DNA of 64,000 nt from Prochlorococcus marinus CUG1435. GTDB lineage: Bacteria; Cyanobacteriota; Cyanobacteriia; PCC-6307; Cyanobiaceae. Location of the stretch: positions 905,421 to 969,420 of the forward strand of contig JAEPLP010000001.1 of assembly GCA_017644375.1 (NCBI GenBank), given 5' to 3'. Both the position numbers and the translations under genes were made by a program. Shown here piece after piece: positions 59,260 to 64,000 of the stretch. How positions within the stretch are numbered: position 1 is the first letter of the stretch; every line of letters begins with the position of its first letter. Under the pieces are notes generated by a model, which made no database searches, was not told the origin of the DNA, and saw only the letters and a list, made by a program, of their open reading frames with translations.

Positions 59260-60699
59260 CTAAATTTTAAACATATCTAGATCGTTATTTTCTTCTCTTA
59301 GAAAGTGGTTCATTAACAAAAATCCAACAATTGTCCAAGTTTGGTAAGTTCTTGATTGTTGACCTACCCAAGTACCAGTAGGCCCATCAAAATATTCAGC
59401 CCACTCTTGCTTGGGCAATTGATTAAGCTGGCACCAATATGATTCTTCTATAAGTGATTTCATTTCTTCCATAAGAATTACATCATCAGAAGCGTAATTT
59501 TTTTGATGTAAAAGAACAGCAGCACCAAAAAACCAAAGTAAACTCGGCCAATGACCACCATTGTGGTAACTCCAAGGCCAATTTTTTGGATCCGATCCAG
59601 TTTTATTTTGCCATTCTTCCACATCCATATGAGGATGACAAATTCTCATAGGCATTTGAGCCATTAAATGTTGTCTGTTATGTAAAACCAATCTAAAGAG
59701 AGCTCTTTGTTCTGCCGGGGGAAGTACTCCAAACATGCATGCTAAAGAATTGCCTAAACTATAAAATCGAAAGTCAGGTCTTCCTGTTCTAATATTTCCT
59801 ATTAGATAGCCACCTCTATTCTCTAACCAATCTTGGAGCCATGAAGGAACTACTTGTGGTTGAACGTTAAATTCATTGAAATGTTGGTCATCCCCATACT
59901 GCTCAGTGGGCCTTCTTCTTAAAACTTGCATTGTTTGGCTTGTAACCCAATAGTGTTTTAAGAGAAAACTTCCTAAATCCTTAACCCATTGATTTGTAAG
60001 AATAAGTCTTTGATCTAACAGTCTACTAACATGATCTGCTCGACTTAATTCCATGAGATTTATACAACTTTTTAAACATCCATGAAGTAACACTTCAACT
60101 TCTAGAGGTGCTCCCCATACATCCATAGGTCTATCAATCATAAATGCGCAATCTGGAACAAAAAGTACTGGAGTTCCTTCAAATGTTGGATGTAGAACTA
60201 GGTCTAGTAAAAGTTGAATACCTCTTTGAACGCTTTGACTTTTCCCAAAGGCATAATCTCCACTTTTGTTAACATAATACCAACATAAAATGGGCCACCA
60301 TAAACTTGCATCAGCCGAAGTAATTCTCCCAATAGATCTCTGACCGTAGTCTCCAATGAGCTTCCCTTTTTCTTCAACAAAACTAGTAGGAAATACCCCC
60401 CGAGTTTGATAATTAGTGCTTTGTAATTCAAGGCATACATTCAGGAACTTTTTGACAATTTCGTATCGTTTTTGAGTAATGAGGTAAATCATTACTGGAA
60501 CGTTGTCTCTTAAGAATATTTCACCATAATTTAACTTTTTATTTTTTGTTGGGTGTTCTAGTGCCGCAACACTGCCTACTAGTTCGCCAGATATTTCAAC
60601 TAAAGTCTTTTCGAAGTGTTTTTTTGCATTTGTTACAATTTTTTCCTCATCGGAACTTGGCCTTACTCTTAAATTTTTTTGACTAAATCTTTCTGCCAT
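59260..60699 (-). CDS. Alkaline/neutral invertase (GH100 family)
   Basis: 479 aa with high similarity, as I recall it, to cyanobacterial and plant neutral invertases (FLRDNVPV, DCAFMIDRPMDVWG, YHNGGHWP). Confidence 0.85.
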   Translation of the reverse strand: MAERFSQKNLRVRPSSDEEKIVTNAKKHFEKTLVEISGELVGSVAALEHPTKNKKLNYGEIFLRDNVPVMIYLITQKRYEIVKKFLNVCLELQSTNYQTRGVFPTSFVEEKGKLIGDYGQRSIGRITSADASLWWPILCWYYVNKSGDYAFGKSQSVQRGIQLLLDLVLHPTFEGTPVLFVPDCAFMIDRPMDVWGAPLEVEVLLHGCLKSCINLMELSRADHVSRLLDQRLILTNQWVKDLGSFLLKHYWVTSQTMQVLRRRPTEQYGDDQHFNEFNVQPQVVPSWLQDWLENRGGYLIGNIRTGRPDFRFYSLGNSLACMFGVLPPAEQRALFRLVLHNRQHLMAQMPMRICHPHMDVEEWQNKTGSDPKNWPWSYHNGGHWPSLLWFFGAAVLLHQKNYASDDVILMEEMKSLIEESYWCQLNQLPKQEWAEYFDGPTGTWVGQQSRTYQTWTIVGFLLMNHFLREENNDLDMFKI

Positions 60700-60785
60700 T
60701 TCATTTATATCCCTCTATTTCAGCCTAGTTGTTTAATGATACTTTGAACAAATAAAAAATTAATAAAAAATTTTTGTATAAAAGG

Positions 60786-60815
60786 TTGCACAATTACAGT
60801 TGAATGGTTTACTAT
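60786..60815 (+). promoter_or_regulatory. Candidate sigma-70-type promoter upstream of the rRNA operon (TTGCAC - 18 nt - TACTAT)
   Basis: Read directly. This is the only good -35/-10 pair I found in the 610-nt spacer, and it lies about 500 nt upstream of mature 16S. Speculative. Confidence 0.25.
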
Positions 60816-61309
60816 TTTCTTCTGGGCAAAAATATTCTTTTTGCATTATTCAATCCAATTATCTTAAATCTTGTTTTTGGTAAAAGGATGAATTTTTTGG
60901 AGATTTGATTTCGGTCAGTATTTTCAGCCAGAAGAAGGGTTTTCCCTTCTAATGAGTTAATCAATTCTTGTTTAACTCGGCACCTAGAAAATTTAAAAAC
61001 TTAGGAACTGATGCTTTTATTGCGTCAAAATCTTATCAAATTTAGATTTGGTAATTTTGAGATGTATTTGCAATAAAGGTGTGAGGTCCCGTCAAGAATA
61101 TATAAATTGTTTTCAATTGCTAACTTTTAGTTTTTTGGAAACCAACGGATCTGAGATCTGGAAAGTCACTTTAGAAATATTTTTAATGTGCACTCAAAGT
61201 AATCCTTAATTATTTAAGGAGGCTGAACCTAAATAAATTAAGTCAATCTTATTTTTATTTGGAGAATGCAATTCATATTGAGTAGATTTATCTACAAAAG
61301 GATTTGAAC

Positions 61310-62794
<1,485 letters not shown>

Positions 62795-62917
62795 CAGGGA
62801 GACAACAAAATGTTAAATATTAATTTTGTCACCTTAGGTCGATCGGTATCTCACATTCTTAGTTTATTAAGAATTTTATTTCCTAAGTTTTTCTAGGTCA
62901 CACCCATTACTTTTCCT

Positions 62918-62991
<74 letters not shown>

Positions 62992-63003
62992 TATCTCTAT
63001 GTT

Positions 63004-63076
63004 GGGGGTATAGCTCAGTTGGTAGAGCGCCTGCTTTGCAAGCAGGATGTCAGCGGTTCGAGTCCGCTTACCTCCA
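63004..63076 (+). tRNA. tRNA-Ala (UGC) in the 16S-23S spacer
   Basis: GGGGGTATAGCTCAG...CTTTGCAAG...TTACCTCCA with the G3:U70 identity pair. Confidence 0.95.
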
Positions 63077-63207
63077 CTGATTTCCACCTCTTCCATATTT
63101 TTAGAAGGGAAATGTTTTGAGTGGTGATCAAATTCTGAACGAATCTAGCTTCCTAATTAAATTTATTAAGATGCTGGACTCATTGAATTTAATTCATTGT
63201 TTTCAGA

Positions 63208-63220
63208 GAACCTTGACAAC
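63208..63220 (+). promoter_or_regulatory. BoxA-type antitermination element in the ITS
   Basis: GAACCTTGACAAC matches the conserved cyanobacterial ITS boxA (GAACCTTGAAAA-like) at the expected position between tRNA-Ala and 23S. Confidence 0.55.
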
Positions 63221-63332
63221 TGCATAGATTATTTTTAAAGACAATAAGCATCTTTAACGATGCAGATTTTTATTTGTGCGAATGCACTAATAACAATTCT
63301 ATTAAGCTGATGCTTCAATTTTTGAAGTTATT

Positions 63333-64000
63333 GGTCAAGCTACAAAGGGCTCACGGAGGATACCTAGGCACACAGAGGCGATGAAGGACGTGGTTACCTG
63401 CGATAAGTCTCGGGGAGTTGGAAGCACACTTTGATCCGGGAATTTCCGAATGGGGCAACCCCATGTACGGCCAACTGAATATATAGGTTGGTGCGAGCTA
63501 ACCCAGCGAACTGAAACATCTTAGTAGCTGGAGGAAGAGAAAGTAAATAACGACTCCCTCAGTAGCGGCGAGCGAACGGGGAATAGCCCAAACCGATAGT
63601 CTTGACTATCGGGGTTGTGGGACAGCAATATGGATCAACAAGTCTAGAAGAAACGTTTGAATGGCGTGCCACAGAGGGTGAAAGCCCCGTAATCGAAAGA
63701 TAAGTTGACCTAGCTGTATCCCGAGTAGCACGGAGCACGTGGAATTCCGTGTGAATCTGCGAGGACCACCTCGTAAGGCTAAGTACTACTGTGTGACCGA
63801 TAGTGAAACAGTACCGCGAGGGAAAGGTGAAAAGAACCCCGGGAGGGGAGTGAAATAGAACATGAAACCGTGAGCTTACAAGCAATGGGAGCCCGACTAA
63901 TCGGGTGACCGTGTGCCTGTTGAAGAATGAGCCGGCGACTTATAGGCACTGGCGGGTTAAACCGGAAATGGTGGAGCCACAGCGAAAGCGAGTCTGAATA
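63333..64000 (+). rRNA. rrl: 23S ribosomal RNA, 5' part (continues beyond the window)
   Basis: GGTCAAGCTACAAAGGGCTCACGGAGGATACCTAGGCACACAGAGGCGATGAAGGACGTGG is the canonical 23S 5' end. Confidence 0.95.

Noticed and set aside
60804-60908. 34-aa hydrophobic ORF (MVYYFLLGKNILFALFNPIILNLVFGKRMNFLEI) in the rRNA upstream region
   Set aside because: It overlaps the best promoter-like element, has no supporting context, and is the kind of Phe/Leu/Ile ORF that AT-rich spacers produce by chance.
61078-61090. ggtgtgaggtccc (minus strand GGGACCTCACACC), which resembles the conserved Yfr1 sRNA core ACUCCUCACAC
   Set aside because: Only CCUCACAC matches. The flanking twin stem-loops and terminator of Yfr1 are absent, and the site lies within the probable rRNA leader.

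Overview
This is an AT-rich (roughly 30% GC outside the rRNA genes), very tightly packed cyanobacterial chromosome segment. Gene content and order match the conserved core genome of a high-light-adapted Prochlorococcus marinus-type picocyanobacterium: sfsA, amt1, ispH, purH, cobS, tgt, psbK, pyrE, hisB, fabI, phr, folK, chlD, ndhJKC, rubA-ycf48-psbEFLJ, mtnP, a selD fusion, uvrD, a cpeB/cpeS relic, metK, rpsA, nrdR, psbTB, psbM, minEDC, ctpA, petBD, an invertase, then the start of an rRNA operon (16S, tRNA-Ile, tRNA-Ala, 23S). I can support about 75 protein genes, including several shorter than 60 aa that are missing from the ORF track (psbK, psbF, psbL, psbT, psbM and two unnamed candidates). 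There are also 5 tRNAs, a complete 16S, a partial 23S, three clear intrinsic terminators and some promoter or operator candidates. I see no CRISPR array, transposase, integrase, prophage remnant, restriction or toxin module, or tRNA-flanked island. This looks like ordinary core genome, and I cannot honestly point to a new multi-gene system. The items most worth a second look are: the relic phycoerythrin module with an unlisted 59-aa ORF overlapping cpeS; the oxidoreductase-SelD fusion; a tRNA-Met only 18 nt upstream of a DUF21-CBS gene, with a perfect TGTA-N8-TACA palindrome in front of it; additional NtcA-type boxes; about eleven convergent gene pairs with no room for terminators; a 9-nt tandem coding repeat in the minE tail; and the 610-nt non-coding region upstream of 16S. 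All functional calls come from my own reading of the translated ORFs and from recognised motifs. No database search was run.
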